Both the position numbers and the translations under genes were made by a program. The notes beneath the pieces were generated by a model. It was not told where the DNA came from. It made no database searches and saw only the letters and a program-made list of their open reading frames with translations. 64,000 nt of DNA from an uncultured Planctomycetaceae bacterium (GTDB lineage Bacteria > Planctomycetota > Planctomycetia > Planctomycetales > Planctomycetaceae): positions 128,001-192,000 of the forward strand of contig CAWFGE010000012.1 in NCBI GenBank assembly GCA_963815195.1, written 5' to 3'. This document shows positions 44,292 through 55,149 of the stretch, one piece after another (the first letter of the stretch is position 1; each line of letters starts with the position of its first letter).

Positions 44292-45194
44292 CTATCTTTT
44301 ATAAGTCAGTTCGCGTTGTTTGAGCCAGCCGGCGGCGCGGGCGGGCCAGGTTTGGACGTTGGAGTTTTTCACGGGCCGCATGCCGTAGCCGTGGCCGCCG
44401 GTTTCGTAGATGTGCAGTTCCGCGGGGATGCCTAACTTTTTAAGGGCGGTGTAGAAATAAACGCTGCTGAGCGAGGTCGCCCCGTCGTTGTGGGCATGCA
44501 CTAAAAATGTCGGCGGCGTGGCTTTGGTCACGGTGACCGCGTCGATCAGGCCGCCGGCTTTTTCATCGGCGATCCGCCAGGGATAGATCAGCAGGCAAAA
44601 ATCCGGCCGGGCGGAAAGCCGGTCCGTGTCGTCGATCGGTTCGTAATCGGATTTCTCAAAACGTGTGGCGACGAGTGCCGCCGCTTGGCCGCCGGCGGAA
44701 AATCCAATGACGCCGATGCGATCGGGTTCGATCCCCCACTCTTTTGCCCGCTGCCGAACCAGGCGAACCGCGCGCTCTCCATCCTGCACCGGCCGCAGCC
44801 AAAGCGGCGCCTCGCCTGCCGGCGTTTTGGGTTTGGTGCGATAATGCACGACGAAGGCGGTGATGCCCAGGCCGCTGAGCCACTCGGCGGTTTCCGAGCC
44901 TTCCTTGTCCGCGACGACATAATTGTAGGCGCCGCCGGGAAAAATCAGCACAGCCGCGCCGCTGTTTTTCTCGGCGGGCGGGGCAAACATGTGAAGTTGC
45001 GGCCGGGTGATGCGGGCGATCCGCGTGGCGGGCGGGTCTTCGTTCGGCCGGCGGGGCAGCGCCTCCCCGGTGTTCCGCGTGGTCTCGCCCGGGGCCAGGT
45101 CCTGCCAGATGTCGAACACCCGATCCGGCTCTGCGCGCGGCGGCCGAATCCAGACCACACAAAACCAGCCCGCACCAAACGCCCAGCCCCACAA
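44292..45194 (-). CDS. Alpha/beta hydrolase (acetyl esterase, BD-FAE-like); start uncertain
   Basis: FPGGAY, GFSAGG nucleophile motif, GGHGYG. Confidence 0.88.
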   Translation of the reverse strand: MWGWAFGAGWFCVVWIRPPRAEPDRVFDIWQDLAPGETTRNTGEALPRRPNEDPPATRIARITRPQLHMFAPPAEKNSGAAVLIFPGGAYNYVVADKEGSETAEWLSGLGITAFVVHYRTKPKTPAGEAPLWLRPVQDGERAVRLVRQRAKEWGIEPDRIGVIGFSAGGQAAALVATRFEKSDYEPIDDTDRLSARPDFCLLIYPWRIADEKAGGLIDAVTVTKATPPTFLVHAHNDGATSLSSVYFYTALKKLGIPAELHIYETGGHGYGMRPVKNSNVQTWPARAAGWLKQRELTYKR

Positions 45195-45367
45195 TCCGCG
45201 CCTGCGATTTCCAATTCAATTTGAACTCTCCCCACGCAATAAGCTTCCCAAAACGCCAGGATCGCAAAGCAATCGGCGACCTCCTCTTAGCTTAACGGCA
45301 ATCCCCGCCGTTGTCGCGGTCTCGCCTGCAAGGGGAAGTGTGTGTTTCAGAAAAGTCGGTCGGACTT

Positions 45368-45407
45368 GGGTGGCACGTCCCTGAGTGAAGCGAAGGGCGT
45401 GCCACCC
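45368..45407. repeat. GGGTGGCACG REP family, copy 4
   Basis: gggtggcacgtccctgagtgaagcgaagggcgtgccaccc. Confidence 0.8.
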
Positions 45408-45935
45408 AACCGCCGTTGTCGCGTTTCCCCGGGTGAGCCGGGATGATTTCATTAGCCCCAGGTCGCTAGCCCGGTTGCTTCATTCGTCGGAAAAGAAACC
45501 GACCAATCGCGCGTTCCGATTGATGCGCAACGCGACAACGCGACGCGTGCGGGACGCGCTTTGGAAATACCTCCTTCCGCTGGCAGATAAAGAAGGCAAG
45601 GGTGAATCGGGAACCTGTTGTTGAAGTTTAGGCGAAACGAGAGGACACATGAAAGCCAGGGACAGGGAAGTAAGCTAAGAGGTCGTTACAGAGTATCTCG
45701 TCCGCGCTCTTTCACCTCCCCTTGGGCCCTTGGGGAGGTGAAATTCCTCGACAAGTGGCGATTTCTGGTTTTGACAAAAACAACACCACCGGGATCCGTG
45801 GCAAACCCTGTCCCGTAACTCCAACGCGACAACGCGAATCCTCCAAAAACTCTCTTTGACTCCGTCGAACGAATCGGCGAAGATAACGGATTGGCGGCCG
45901 GGGCATTTGGGGCCGCCGGGATGAGGGCGTCAAAC

Positions 45936-47529
45936 ATGTCAACGAACATCGTCAGTCAGCAAGATCGATCCGCGAAGAGCGAACGCCGGGCCGTGCGGCC
46001 GGTGGCGGTCATCGACGTGGGCACGACCTCGATCCGCATGGCGGTCGCCGAGATTCTGTCCACCGGGGAAGTCCATCGCCTGGAAACGCTCACGCGGGCG
46101 GTGAGCCTGGGAAAGGACACCTTCACCCGCGGGCGGATCGCCAAAGCGACGATGGAAGACTGCGTGAACGTGCTGAAAAGCTATCGCCGATTGCTGCGGG
46201 AATATGAAATCACGCAGCCGGACCAGATCCGCGTCGTGGGCACGAGCGCGGTTCGCGAAGCCGAGAACCGTCTGGCGTTTCTCGACCGCGTGTATTCCGC
46301 CACCGGGCTCGAAATCGAGCCGATGGACGAGGCGGAAGTCAGCCGGATCACCTATCTGGGCATCCAGCCGCACCTCAAAGCCGACACCAAGCTCGCCGCT
46401 TCGTGCTCGGTCGTGGTGGAGATCGGCGGGGGCAGCACCGAAATCCTCGTGGTGCATCAAGGCGAGGTCCTCTATTCGCACACCTACCGCTTGGGGTCGC
46501 TTCGACTGCGGGAATCGGTCGATACGATCCGCGCCTCCCGCGCAGTCCAAGCGGATCATGCGGAGCCAGATCGAACGCACCGTCGGCGAAGTCGTGCAGC
46601 ACGTGCCCCACGACCGCGGCCCCGTGGAGTTGGTTGCCTTGGGCGGCGATGTGCGGTTTGCGAGCAAGCATCTCCTTTTGGAGCAGGCGCCGGACGACCT
46701 CGCCCGCCTGCCGCTCGACGACCTCGCGGAGTTCACCGACCGCCTGTTGAGTACCTCCGCCGAGCAGTTGGTGCAGAAGTACCACATCGGTTTCCCGGAT
46801 GCCGAGACCGTGGGCCCGGCCTTGCTCGGATACCTGCTTCTGGGGCGCGGGCTGGGCGTGGACAACCTCCTGGTCAGCAACACCAACCTGCGGGACGGCC
46901 TGTTGGAAGACCTCGCCGCGAGCGAATCGTGGACCGAAGACTTTCGCGACCAGGTGATCCGCTCCGGCATCGAGCTCGGCCGCAAGTTCGATTTCGACGA
47001 AGCCCACAGCCTGCACGTGGGCAAGCTCTGCCGGAGCCTGTTCTGCGCGCTCCAGGAAGAGCATCAACTCGATTCCCGCTACGAGCTGTTGTTGTATCTC
47101 TCGGGGGTGCTGCATGAGATCGGCTTGTTCGTCAGCAACCGGGCCTATCACAAGCATTCGTTTTATCTCATCATCAACAGCGAACTGTTCGGACTGGCGA
47201 AGCAGGACATGCTGCTGATGGCGCTCGTGGCCCGCTATCACCGCCGGGCTTCGCCGAAGCCCAACCACGAAGGCTATTCCACGCTCGAGCGGGAACGGCG
47301 GATTGCGGTCTCGAAGCTCGCGGCCCTCCTCCGCGTGGCCGACGCTTTGGACCGTTCCTACAGCCAGCGCGTGGATGAAATCCGCGTCTCGCGCGAGAAG
47401 TCCAAGATGGTCATTTCCGTGCCCCACGTGGACGACCTCTCGCTCGAACAACTCGCCCTCAAGCAAACCGGCTCGCTGTTCGAGGAAATCTTCGGCATCC
47501 CCGTCTTCCTCCGCACCGTCCGCAGTTGA
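45936..47529 (+). CDS. ppx: Exopolyphosphatase Ppx/GppA, frameshift at about 46540
   Basis: AVIDVGTTSIRM, GTSAVREAEN, EIGGGSTE; C-terminal LHEIG..YHKHSFY..LRVADALD. Confidence 0.92.
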
Positions 47530-47598
47530 TGGCAGCGGCCCGTTTTTGCGATTCGTTTCGATCACACAGAAAACTCTGAAAGACTCGGGGAGGAAAAC

Positions 47599-47967
47599 AT
47601 GAGGAAAATTTTGGTCCTGGCGGTCGCCGTCTTGTGTCTTGTGTTCTGTTGGAAGAACCGCGAAACAGCCGCAGGGTTGGTGCCGGGAAGAATCGCCAAT
47701 CCACAAGGACAGGTCCCAGCGAAACAACCGCTGCGCGGAAAGATCGTCTGGGTGGATCGAAAGGCGCAGGCCGTGTGGATCAACTTGGGCCAGGCGAACG
47801 GGCTGGAGCGAAACGCAAAAATTCCGGTGATGCAGCCAATGGACGACGAAGCGATCAAAGCCCGGATTGAAGTCGTCCGCCTGTTGGGGAAGCATCTCGC
47901 GGAAGCCCGGATTTTAAGCGAGCCGCAGGAGAATCCCATCCGCAAGGGCGATCCGGTCTTCCCGTAG
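47599..47967 (+). CDS. Small exported hypothetical protein
   Basis: GGAGG RBS, signal peptide, VWINLG..GL..PIRKGD beta domain. Confidence 0.7.
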   Translation: MRKILVLAVAVLCLVFCWKNRETAAGLVPGRIANPQGQVPAKQPLRGKIVWVDRKAQAVWINLGQANGLERNAKIPVMQPMDDEAIKARIEVVRLLGKHLAEARILSEPQENPIRKGDPVFP

Positions 47968-47994
47968 AATTGCACTTCGATTCTGCGATCCCCT

Positions 47995-49623
47995 CTAACC
48001 AGCCGTCTTTGCCTTTGCGCTGATCGGTTGGCTCGCGGGGGTAATGCGGATCACCCGCTGCCCGGTGACGCTGGGGGCGGCGAAATTCTTGGCCCGCACG
48101 TGAAGGAAATACGTGCCCGGCGAAAGCCCGGCTGGCAGATTCGCTTTCCAAAGATGCATCGACTTGTCTGGCTTGGGCAGGTTCCGCCAGGGCACCTTGC
48201 CGAGCGATTTCTCCCATGCGACGACGTCGAGAAAAGTCGGGTCGGCTTCCTGGGTGTAGCTCATCGGAATCCAGTCGCCGTCCTCGCCGATCTTCATTTC
48301 GACTTGGGATTTCTCGGACCCGTTGAACACGTTGGCGAACACGGCCGCGGTTTCCAACTGGTTGACGGGCACCGCCTCGGCCGCGTGAATTTGCATTTGG
48401 TAATCTTTCCGCCGGCCGGCCGCCCGGTAGTCGAGCGAATAGTTATGGCCGTCGAACGTCATAATCGAATAGCCGTTCGGCGCGCCGTCGGCCATTAACG
48501 TATTGGGGATGCCCCGCTCGTCCGGCGCGCCTTCCCACCAGCTTCCGCTGACCGTGACGTTGACGATATGGTGATGCGGTTCCGGCCCCCGCCAGCCGTC
48601 CTCGCGGGTGATGAAGCGGTGCTGATGAACGTGCTTGTGCGCCGAGATCGACATGCAGAACGGCCGCTTTTCGATCAGCCGGTACAACTCGTGGCGGTCC
48701 TTCACATCGACGAGCGGAATGTGCATCATCAACACCACCAGTTGATCTTCAGGAATCATCGCGAGGTCGCTTTGGATGAACTGCATCTGCTCTTTGCCGA
48801 GGCCGCCTTCGTAATGGCCTTTGCCCTCGCCGTTCACCAGCCATTCCACATCGTCGAGCACCAAAAAGTGAACCGGGCCGTAATCGAAGGAGTAGTAGCT
48901 GGGCCCGAAGTGCTTTTCGAAGGTCTCGTCGCTTTCGTGATCGTCGTGCGCGTCGTAATTGATGTCGTGGTTGCCGATAACGTTGTACCAGGGGATGCCC
49001 AACAGCGCGATCGCGCGGGCCTGCGACTCGAACACGGACAGATCGTCGAACACAATATCGCCCAGGGTGACGCCGAACGAGGCATCGGTCCCCGCGAGTT
49101 CCTCGACGACGTCGTGGCCGATGTAATCGATCTCCCGCTGGTCGCGCGGCTGCGGATCTCCGAACAGAATCGCCTTGAACGTCTCCGGCTCTTTTTGCGG
49201 CGACAGCGGAAAATCCACCGAGTCCGGCAGCGGCCCGGTCGGCTCGACGCCGGCGAACTTCAAATTCGGCGAACCCGTCGGCTTATGAATGTAATAAAAC
49301 TGCGGCAGTTCGTTGTCCGAAAGGGGCACCTGCCAGCCGCGGGGCTTGATGACGAACAAAATGGTATCCGCATCCACCGGCAATTCGTAGCGGCCGTTTT
49401 GGTCCGTGTTCACGATGTCCACGCCGTTGGAAACCCGAATGCCCGCCAGCGGCTTTTCGCCGGGATCGCGCTTGCGGTTGCCGTTGGCATCGTGAAACAC
49501 GACCCCCTTCGCATGCTGGGGGGCGTCGGCGTCGTCCTTGTTGCCCGCCTGCCGATCCGCTAACCCCACCGCGAACAACCCCATCACTGTGACAGGGACA
49601 ATCAAACTCAAAATCCAGCGCAT
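47995..49623 (-). CDS. Exported calcineurin-like metallophosphoesterase
   Basis: FGDPQ, LGDIV, IGNHD, MHIP, SAHKH. Confidence 0.9.
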   Translation of the reverse strand: MRWILSLIVPVTVMGLFAVGLADRQAGNKDDADAPQHAKGVVFHDANGNRKRDPGEKPLAGIRVSNGVDIVNTDQNGRYELPVDADTILFVIKPRGWQVPLSDNELPQFYYIHKPTGSPNLKFAGVEPTGPLPDSVDFPLSPQKEPETFKAILFGDPQPRDQREIDYIGHDVVEELAGTDASFGVTLGDIVFDDLSVFESQARAIALLGIPWYNVIGNHDINYDAHDDHESDETFEKHFGPSYYSFDYGPVHFLVLDDVEWLVNGEGKGHYEGGLGKEQMQFIQSDLAMIPEDQLVVLMMHIPLVDVKDRHELYRLIEKRPFCMSISAHKHVHQHRFITREDGWRGPEPHHHIVNVTVSGSWWEGAPDERGIPNTLMADGAPNGYSIMTFDGHNYSLDYRAAGRRKDYQMQIHAAEAVPVNQLETAAVFANVFNGSEKSQVEMKIGEDGDWIPMSYTQEADPTFLDVVAWEKSLGKVPWRNLPKPDKSMHLWKANLPAGLSPGTYFLHVRAKNFAAPSVTGQRVIRITPASQPISAKAKTAG

Positions 49624-49878
49624 GGAATCAGGTTCCCCTCATTGAGAAGAAACGTTGGTTGGGAAAACACGAGATTAGCTCGTGCGTGTTAAGAAAAAAT
49701 GATCGTAACGAGAATTGTTTCTTTCCGCGACCATCCGGCGGAAACGTCCGGCCGCGGGCCACTCCGCGGGCAGCGCCCGTCTCGGGAGTTTCCGCAAATG
49801 ATCCGCGGCGAAGGCTCGAATAAACCCGGCGGATCCTGCATACTGGAATCCTCCTGTTTTCTAAAACCCATCTCATGA

Positions 49879-51735
49879 GTGAGCCACATGACTCAACTGT
49901 TTGCGCTGCGAAGCCTGACGTTTGTTTTCCTCGCCGTCGTTCTAACCGCGGCCCCGGTGCGGGCCGAGCGGGATCCGATTCGGCTGACCCACGGCCCCAT
50001 GCTCGGAAATCCCACCGCCCATTCGATGGACGTGTGGGCGCGGACTTCCGACCCGGGCGAGTTCCTCGTGCACTACGGCACCCACAAAGACAAACTCGAC
50101 GAGATCAGCAAACCCGCGACAACGACCATCGCGCACGATAACACCGGCGTCGCGCATCTCAAAGACCTCCAATCCGACACCCGCTACTATTACCATGTGT
50201 GGGTCAACAATCGGCCGCACGGTCTGCCCGGCAGCTTTCGCACCCTGCCCTCGGCTGAGGACACCAAGAACGAAAAATACAATCCCAAGGGCCTCTATAA
50301 TTTCCGCTTCGAGATCGGCTCTTGTGCGAACCAGAACCCGCTCCACGGCGGCGGACCGGAGCTTCTTACCTATCAACACCTCAACAAGGACTGGGCCGAG
50401 AAAGTCCACTTCCACATCATGAACGGGGATTGGCTTTACGAGGAACTCCGCGACTACCCGCCCGAAGCCTGGCGGCTCACGCAGGGCATCAAGGACTATC
50501 CGCTGCCCGTCCAGGTCATGCCCACCATCGTCGGCGTGTGGGAGAACTATAAGCTCTACCTCAGCCGGGGCGTCGACCTCGCGAAATGGCATCGCAACGT
50601 CCCCAGCTATTTCACGTTTGACGATCACGAACTCGTCAATGACATCTGGGGCTCGTCCGAAGCAGGCAAACGCCATCGGCGGACCGTGTTTCGCGACATC
50701 GGAACCTATGCCTGGTACGATTACCTCGGCTGGGCCGACCCGATGGTTTACAAGCATCCCATCCACTATGGCAAAGGCCAACTCAAAGCCGGCAGCGATC
50801 TGCTCGTCGATGCCGACACCGATTTCTCCAAGCTCCCGCTGGGGGAAATGCTGAACCTGCACGTCCACTGGGGCACGCCGGAAGCGGGCCTTAACGACAT
50901 CAAGTACGACAACGACGAGGGCAATAAAAACTCCTATGTCTATGACATCAAAGAGGTCGTGAACCCGCACACGCTCCGCCTGCACATGCCGGCCAAGGTC
51001 GATGACGAGGTGAGCTATTCCATCGGCCGGCGGAGCTACGCCAAATTCCGCGTGTCGAACTGCGAGTTTTATCTGCTCGACACGCGGGGCGATCGCGACA
51101 TGCACGACGTCCGCCACCGCGACAAGCCGGGCGTCTCGATGATCGGCAAGCACCAGCGGGATTGGCTGTTAAAATCCATGAAGGAAAGCGATGCGGACTT
51201 TTTCTTCGTCGTCTCCACGGTGCCGTTTATGATCCCCCACACCGGCGCGGGCGGCTTCGAGTTCGATGCGGAGAACAAGGAGGAATCCTGGACCGGCTTC
51301 TTCGACGAGCGGGAACTCTTAATCAAGGAATGGGACAAGCTGGGCAAGAAGGTGTTCGTGATGACGGGCGATTTGCATAACAGCTTCGCCATCAAAGTCA
51401 CCGACGACGTGTGGGAGTTCTGCTGCGGCCCCCACAACAGCGTGAACCACGTGCCGGTCTTGGATGAAAGCAATCGCCCCGCCACCGGCAAGTTCAAGTT
51501 CGGCCCCCGCGAATGCGACATCCGCTGGAGCAGCTACATCCTCCCCGACCTGCCAAGATTGCAGCGCCTTTACCCCCACTACTGCGTGGTGCAGGTCAAC
51601 AACGTGTTCAACATGCCCAAAAAACTCGGGGACAAACGCTGGGTCGCCTACCCCCACCCGCAAGTCATCTTCCAATACTTCGACGGCCGCACCGGAGAAC
51701 TCGACTACGCGGAGGCAATCTCGGTCGATCGGTAG
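49879..51735 (+). CDS. phoD: Alkaline phosphatase D family protein
   Basis: THGPMLG, GSC, NGDWLYE, FDDHE, LLDTR, TGDLH. Confidence 0.88.
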   Translation: MSHMTQLFALRSLTFVFLAVVLTAAPVRAERDPIRLTHGPMLGNPTAHSMDVWARTSDPGEFLVHYGTHKDKLDEISKPATTTIAHDNTGVAHLKDLQSDTRYYYHVWVNNRPHGLPGSFRTLPSAEDTKNEKYNPKGLYNFRFEIGSCANQNPLHGGGPELLTYQHLNKDWAEKVHFHIMNGDWLYEELRDYPPEAWRLTQGIKDYPLPVQVMPTIVGVWENYKLYLSRGVDLAKWHRNVPSYFTFDDHELVNDIWGSSEAGKRHRRTVFRDIGTYAWYDYLGWADPMVYKHPIHYGKGQLKAGSDLLVDADTDFSKLPLGEMLNLHVHWGTPEAGLNDIKYDNDEGNKNSYVYDIKEVVNPHTLRLHMPAKVDDEVSYSIGRRSYAKFRVSNCEFYLLDTRGDRDMHDVRHRDKPGVSMIGKHQRDWLLKSMKESDADFFFVVSTVPFMIPHTGAGGFEFDAENKEESWTGFFDERELLIKEWDKLGKKVFVMTGDLHNSFAIKVTDDVWEFCCGPHNSVNHVPVLDESNRPATGKFKFGPRECDIRWSSYILPDLPRLQRLYPHYCVVQVNNVFNMPKKLGDKRWVAYPHPQVIFQYFDGRTGELDYAEAISVDR

Positions 51736-52155
51736 GCGGAGTGCCACGTAGGGACAAGAACATCTGTAGGGCAGGCTCCTGCCTGCCGATTCGGTTTGAT
51801 ACCTGTCCGATGGCAGGCAGGAGCCTGCCCTACACAAACTGGAGCAGCTACATCCTCCCCGACCTGCCAAGATTGCACCGCCTTTACCCCCACTACTGCG
51901 TGGTGCAGGTCAACAACGTGTTCAACATGCCCAAAAAACTCGGGGACAAACGCTGGGTCGCCTACCCCCACCCGCAAGTCATCTTCCAATACTTCGACGG
52001 CCGCACCGGAGAACTCGACTACGCGGAGGCAATCTCGGTCGATCGGTAGGCGGAGTGCCACGTAGGGACAAGAACATCTGTAGGGCAGGCTCCTGCCTGC
52101 CGATTCGGTTTGATACCTGTCCGATGGCAGGCAGGAGCCTGCCCTACGCAAACTG
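51525..52155. repeat. Tandem 314-bp duplication of the phoD 3' end plus downstream REP doublet
   Basis: 51525-51841 equals 51839-52155 except two substitutions (cagcgc/caccgc; tacaca/tacgca). Confidence 0.95.
51766..51833. repeat. GTAG-type REP doublet (second copy at 52080-52147)
   Basis: GTAGGGCAGGCTCCTGCCTGCC and its perfect reverse complement GGCAGGCAGGAGCCTGCCCTAC. Confidence 0.9.
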
Positions 52156-52473
52156 ACAAGTGGAGGTTTAACGCATACCTTGGAGCGACATGTGCCATCT
52201 TATTATTCAGGTGCCAACCGAGGTGCAGGTAGTGATACACTATTCCCGCACGGCACTACGCCTGCAGATATTGTTGACATTGTGCGCGATGCTGCACAGA
52301 AAGCTCCAGCAAATATTGGGCCAGACGATGCCTTTCGAGCCGTTTTGAGAAATGGGAAGGAAGTAAAAGTGCAGCTAAATGGCTATAAAGTAAAATCCGT
52401 GTACCCCACCGTTACGGGCGATGGTTTTGGATTCGATTTGAACACAATTAAACACCTCGTCACAAGGACATGA
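52150..52473 (+). pseudogene. Orphan polymorphic-toxin C-terminal fragment (putative RNase tip)
   Basis: AT-rich; frame reads KLTSGGLTHTLERH...TLFP...VKSVYP from the duplication junction with no convincing start. Confidence 0.55.
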
Positions 52474-52484
52474 TAAAGGATTGA

Positions 52485-53162
52485 TTGATGCCAGCCTTCA
52501 TATCTTACGATTGGCTCGACACAACAGACGATTCAATTGTCCCTAGAGGCATTGGATTACGAAGTGATCTAAAAGATGATCTAGCATCTATCGATTCAAT
52601 AGACAGTGGAATCGTAGTGTTTCAGAATAGTGCAAATCATGAACTCGCTTTTACGCCATTAAGCGTTTGCAAATTTGCAACCTGGATTACCCAGCAGTGC
52701 TCAACCCTAATTCATTCTACGCCAGTTTTCTTAATCGCATCTGAAGCAAACATAGTTTTCGACACGGATGGCGACAGTATTCGTATGTGTGCATATGTCG
52801 ATTCAGTGACTGCAGAATGGCATAGATTTCTTGGAGAATCATTATCTGTTGTTTCTGGTCGTAGACTCGTCACCGCCCATAGGCTACTAGTACCTCAAGG
52901 GACAATCTCTAATGTCAAATACTTTCCAGGCAAAATCGCAATAGATCTTTCAATAAAAACCATTGATTGGATTTCATGTGTAATTGACATCGGAAAACAA
53001 TTTCAAACGCTGGTTCTTGAAGCCAAGAACCTGCTGTCGCAGAATGCTGAAAATTATCGAGCCGAACATCGGAAAGAACTCGTCGATTTAGCGTTTGATT
53101 TTGCGGACAAGTTTCCTGCTATATGCGACAAGATCGAATGGGAAGGAGCGAATAAGTCCTAA
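52485..53162 (+). CDS. AT-rich hypothetical protein, putative immunity protein
   Basis: Directly downstream of toxin-like fragment with AAGGA RBS; acidic; low GC. Confidence 0.55.
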   Translation: MMPAFISYDWLDTTDDSIVPRGIGLRSDLKDDLASIDSIDSGIVVFQNSANHELAFTPLSVCKFATWITQQCSTLIHSTPVFLIASEANIVFDTDGDSIRMCAYVDSVTAEWHRFLGESLSVVSGRRLVTAHRLLVPQGTISNVKYFPGKIAIDLSIKTIDWISCVIDIGKQFQTLVLEAKNLLSQNAENYRAEHRKELVDLAFDFADKFPAICDKIEWEGANKS

Positions 53163-54525
53163 GGAACTGCGCAATAATTAGTTGACCAATGATGCTACAT
53201 TGTTTAAGTTTACAGTTGGGGGATATCATACGGATAGAGTGTGGTGCATGGAAGTGCGACGATGGAAGCGACAATCGCAGACAAGTTTCGGAATCTGTCT
53301 TCTCTGATGAACGAAAAACTCAAACGCCGTTGGGCGGGCTGCGAGGCGATGGCATTGGGGCGCGGCGGCATCTCGGCTGTCGCGGAAGCCACCGGCCTCT
53401 CGCGAACGACGATCCGCAAAGGCATCCGAGAAGTCAACGAGAATTACCCGGAGTTGGCTCAAGAGATTCATGGCCGCATTCGAACACCGGGGGCCGGTCG
53501 GCCGCCTGTCGAACAGGCAGACCCCGCGGTAATCACCGATCTTGAGCAACTGGTATCCCCGGCGACCCGAGGTGAACCCACTTCGCCGCTGCTCTGGACA
53601 TCCAAGAGCACTCGTCAGCTCGCAGAAGGACTCCAGAAGATCGGCCACAAAGTAAGTCCCCGAACTGTGTCGCGGTTGCTCCATGAGATGGGATACAGCC
53701 TTCAGGCCAATCGAAAGACCCGAGAAGGAAAGCAACACCCGGATCGGGATGCTCAGTTCCGACACATCAACCAGAAGGTGAAAAGCTTTCAAAGGCGTGG
53801 CCAACCGGTGATCTCCGTTGACGCGAAAAAGCGGGAATTGGTGGGCGATTTCAAGAACACCGGACAAGAGTGGGAGCCAAAAGGAACTCCGCAAGAAGTT
53901 CGCACGCACGATTTCAAAGACAAAGATCTCGGCGTTGCCATTCCCTATGGCGTCTACGACCAGACGCAGAACCAGGGTTGGGTGAATGTTGGGATTGATC
54001 ACAACACAGCAGAATTTGCCGTCGAGTCGATTCGACAGTGGTGGCGGCGGATGGGGCGCCAGACATATCCACAAGGCGCGAACTTCTGATTACTGCTGAC
54101 GCTGGAAGTAGCAATGGCTACCGATGTCGGCTCTGGAAAGTGTGTCTTCAGCAACTCGCTGACGAACTTGGACTTCGGATTATGGTGTGCCACTTTCCCC
54201 CCGGCACAAGCAAGTGGAACAAGATTGAACATCGCATGTTTTGCCACATCACAGAAAACTGGCGAGGAAGGCCGCTGTTAAGTCGGGGGGTGATCGTGAA
54301 TCTCATCGCTAACACAAAGACCAAGGCGGGCCTCACCATTAACGCGGGTCTCGACGCAAACGGCTATGAACTCGGGATCAAAGTATCCCCTGAGGAAATT
54401 GCCGCACTCAATATCCACCCAGATAAGTTTCATGGTGATTGGAACTACACATTACGCCCCACCTACGAGACATAGTATATATACAACATTAGTTCAAATT
54501 GGATAATTTATTTCTGCGCAGTTCC
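53163..54525 (+). mobile_element. ISAzo13-family insertion sequence, 1363 bp, TAA target duplication
   Basis: IRs GGAACTGCGCAATAATTAGTTGACCAAT vs (rc) GGAACTGCGCAGAAATAAATTATCCAAT; TAA at 53160-53162 and 54526-54528. Confidence 0.93.
53262..54475 (+). CDS. ISAzo13-family DDE transposase, frameshift at about 54078
   Basis: PLLWTSKS, HPDRDAQF, ISVDAKKRELVG, LLITAD, PPGTSKWNKIEHRMF, FHGDWNY. Confidence 0.93.
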
Positions 54526-54660
54526 TAACAGTCTTTCGGGTACCACTGGCAACTTGTTGCCAGTGCTTTTCAGCAGTATGGAATCGGGGGACGTTTCAAA
54601 ACTCGATTGGTTCATCCGATTCACACTGGCAGGCAAGCTGCCAGTGGCACCCGGCGTGAA

Positions 54661-54815
54661 ACGGCGGGGTGGCTGGGGCCAGGGATTGGATTCGTGTGAT
54701 GAGGACGTTTGGGAATGCTGGGGCCGTGCAGTTTGGTTCTGGCATCCTCTTGGCCCCAGCTTTTGAAGACTGGCCTTTCATGAATGCGAACCTGGGCCCC
54801 AGCCACCCCGCCGTT
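54661..54815. repeat. GGGTGGCTGGGGC REPIN/MITE-like element
   Basis: acggcggggtggctggggcc ... ggccccagccaccccgccgt; related to spacer 13124-13252. Confidence 0.75.
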
Positions 54816-55149
54816 CGGTTTTTGGGGCCGAGTGACGGCTTTTCGTCGTCAATCGGCGGTTTGCCGGGGTTCGTTTGCCTTGGAGAAGGTGCCCAGGTCC
54901 GCGGCCCGGAATTCCGGCGGAGGAACACCGTCTCGGTGGGCCGGCCCAAAACGAGGACGTGCCGGTCGGCGTAAGTCCTGATGCTTCAAAGCAGGCGGGG
55001 CATTGGAGAATCCATCGAATTCTAATCTCGATCCGAGACCATCCGTCCGGGAGATGCCCTGCGGGGAGACGGGGATGATAAGTTGAAGAACTTTCTTCGC
55101 CGATTTGGTAGGATGTGCGGTTGGTCCGATCTCAATTGAGGCCACTCGC

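Noticed and set aside
51525..52155. Diversity-generating retroelement template/variable repeat pair
   Set aside because: Only two differences, one not at adenine; no reverse transcriptase in the window
54529..55100. Short ORFs after the IS
   Set aside because: Region is dominated by palindromic repeats; no coherent coding signal
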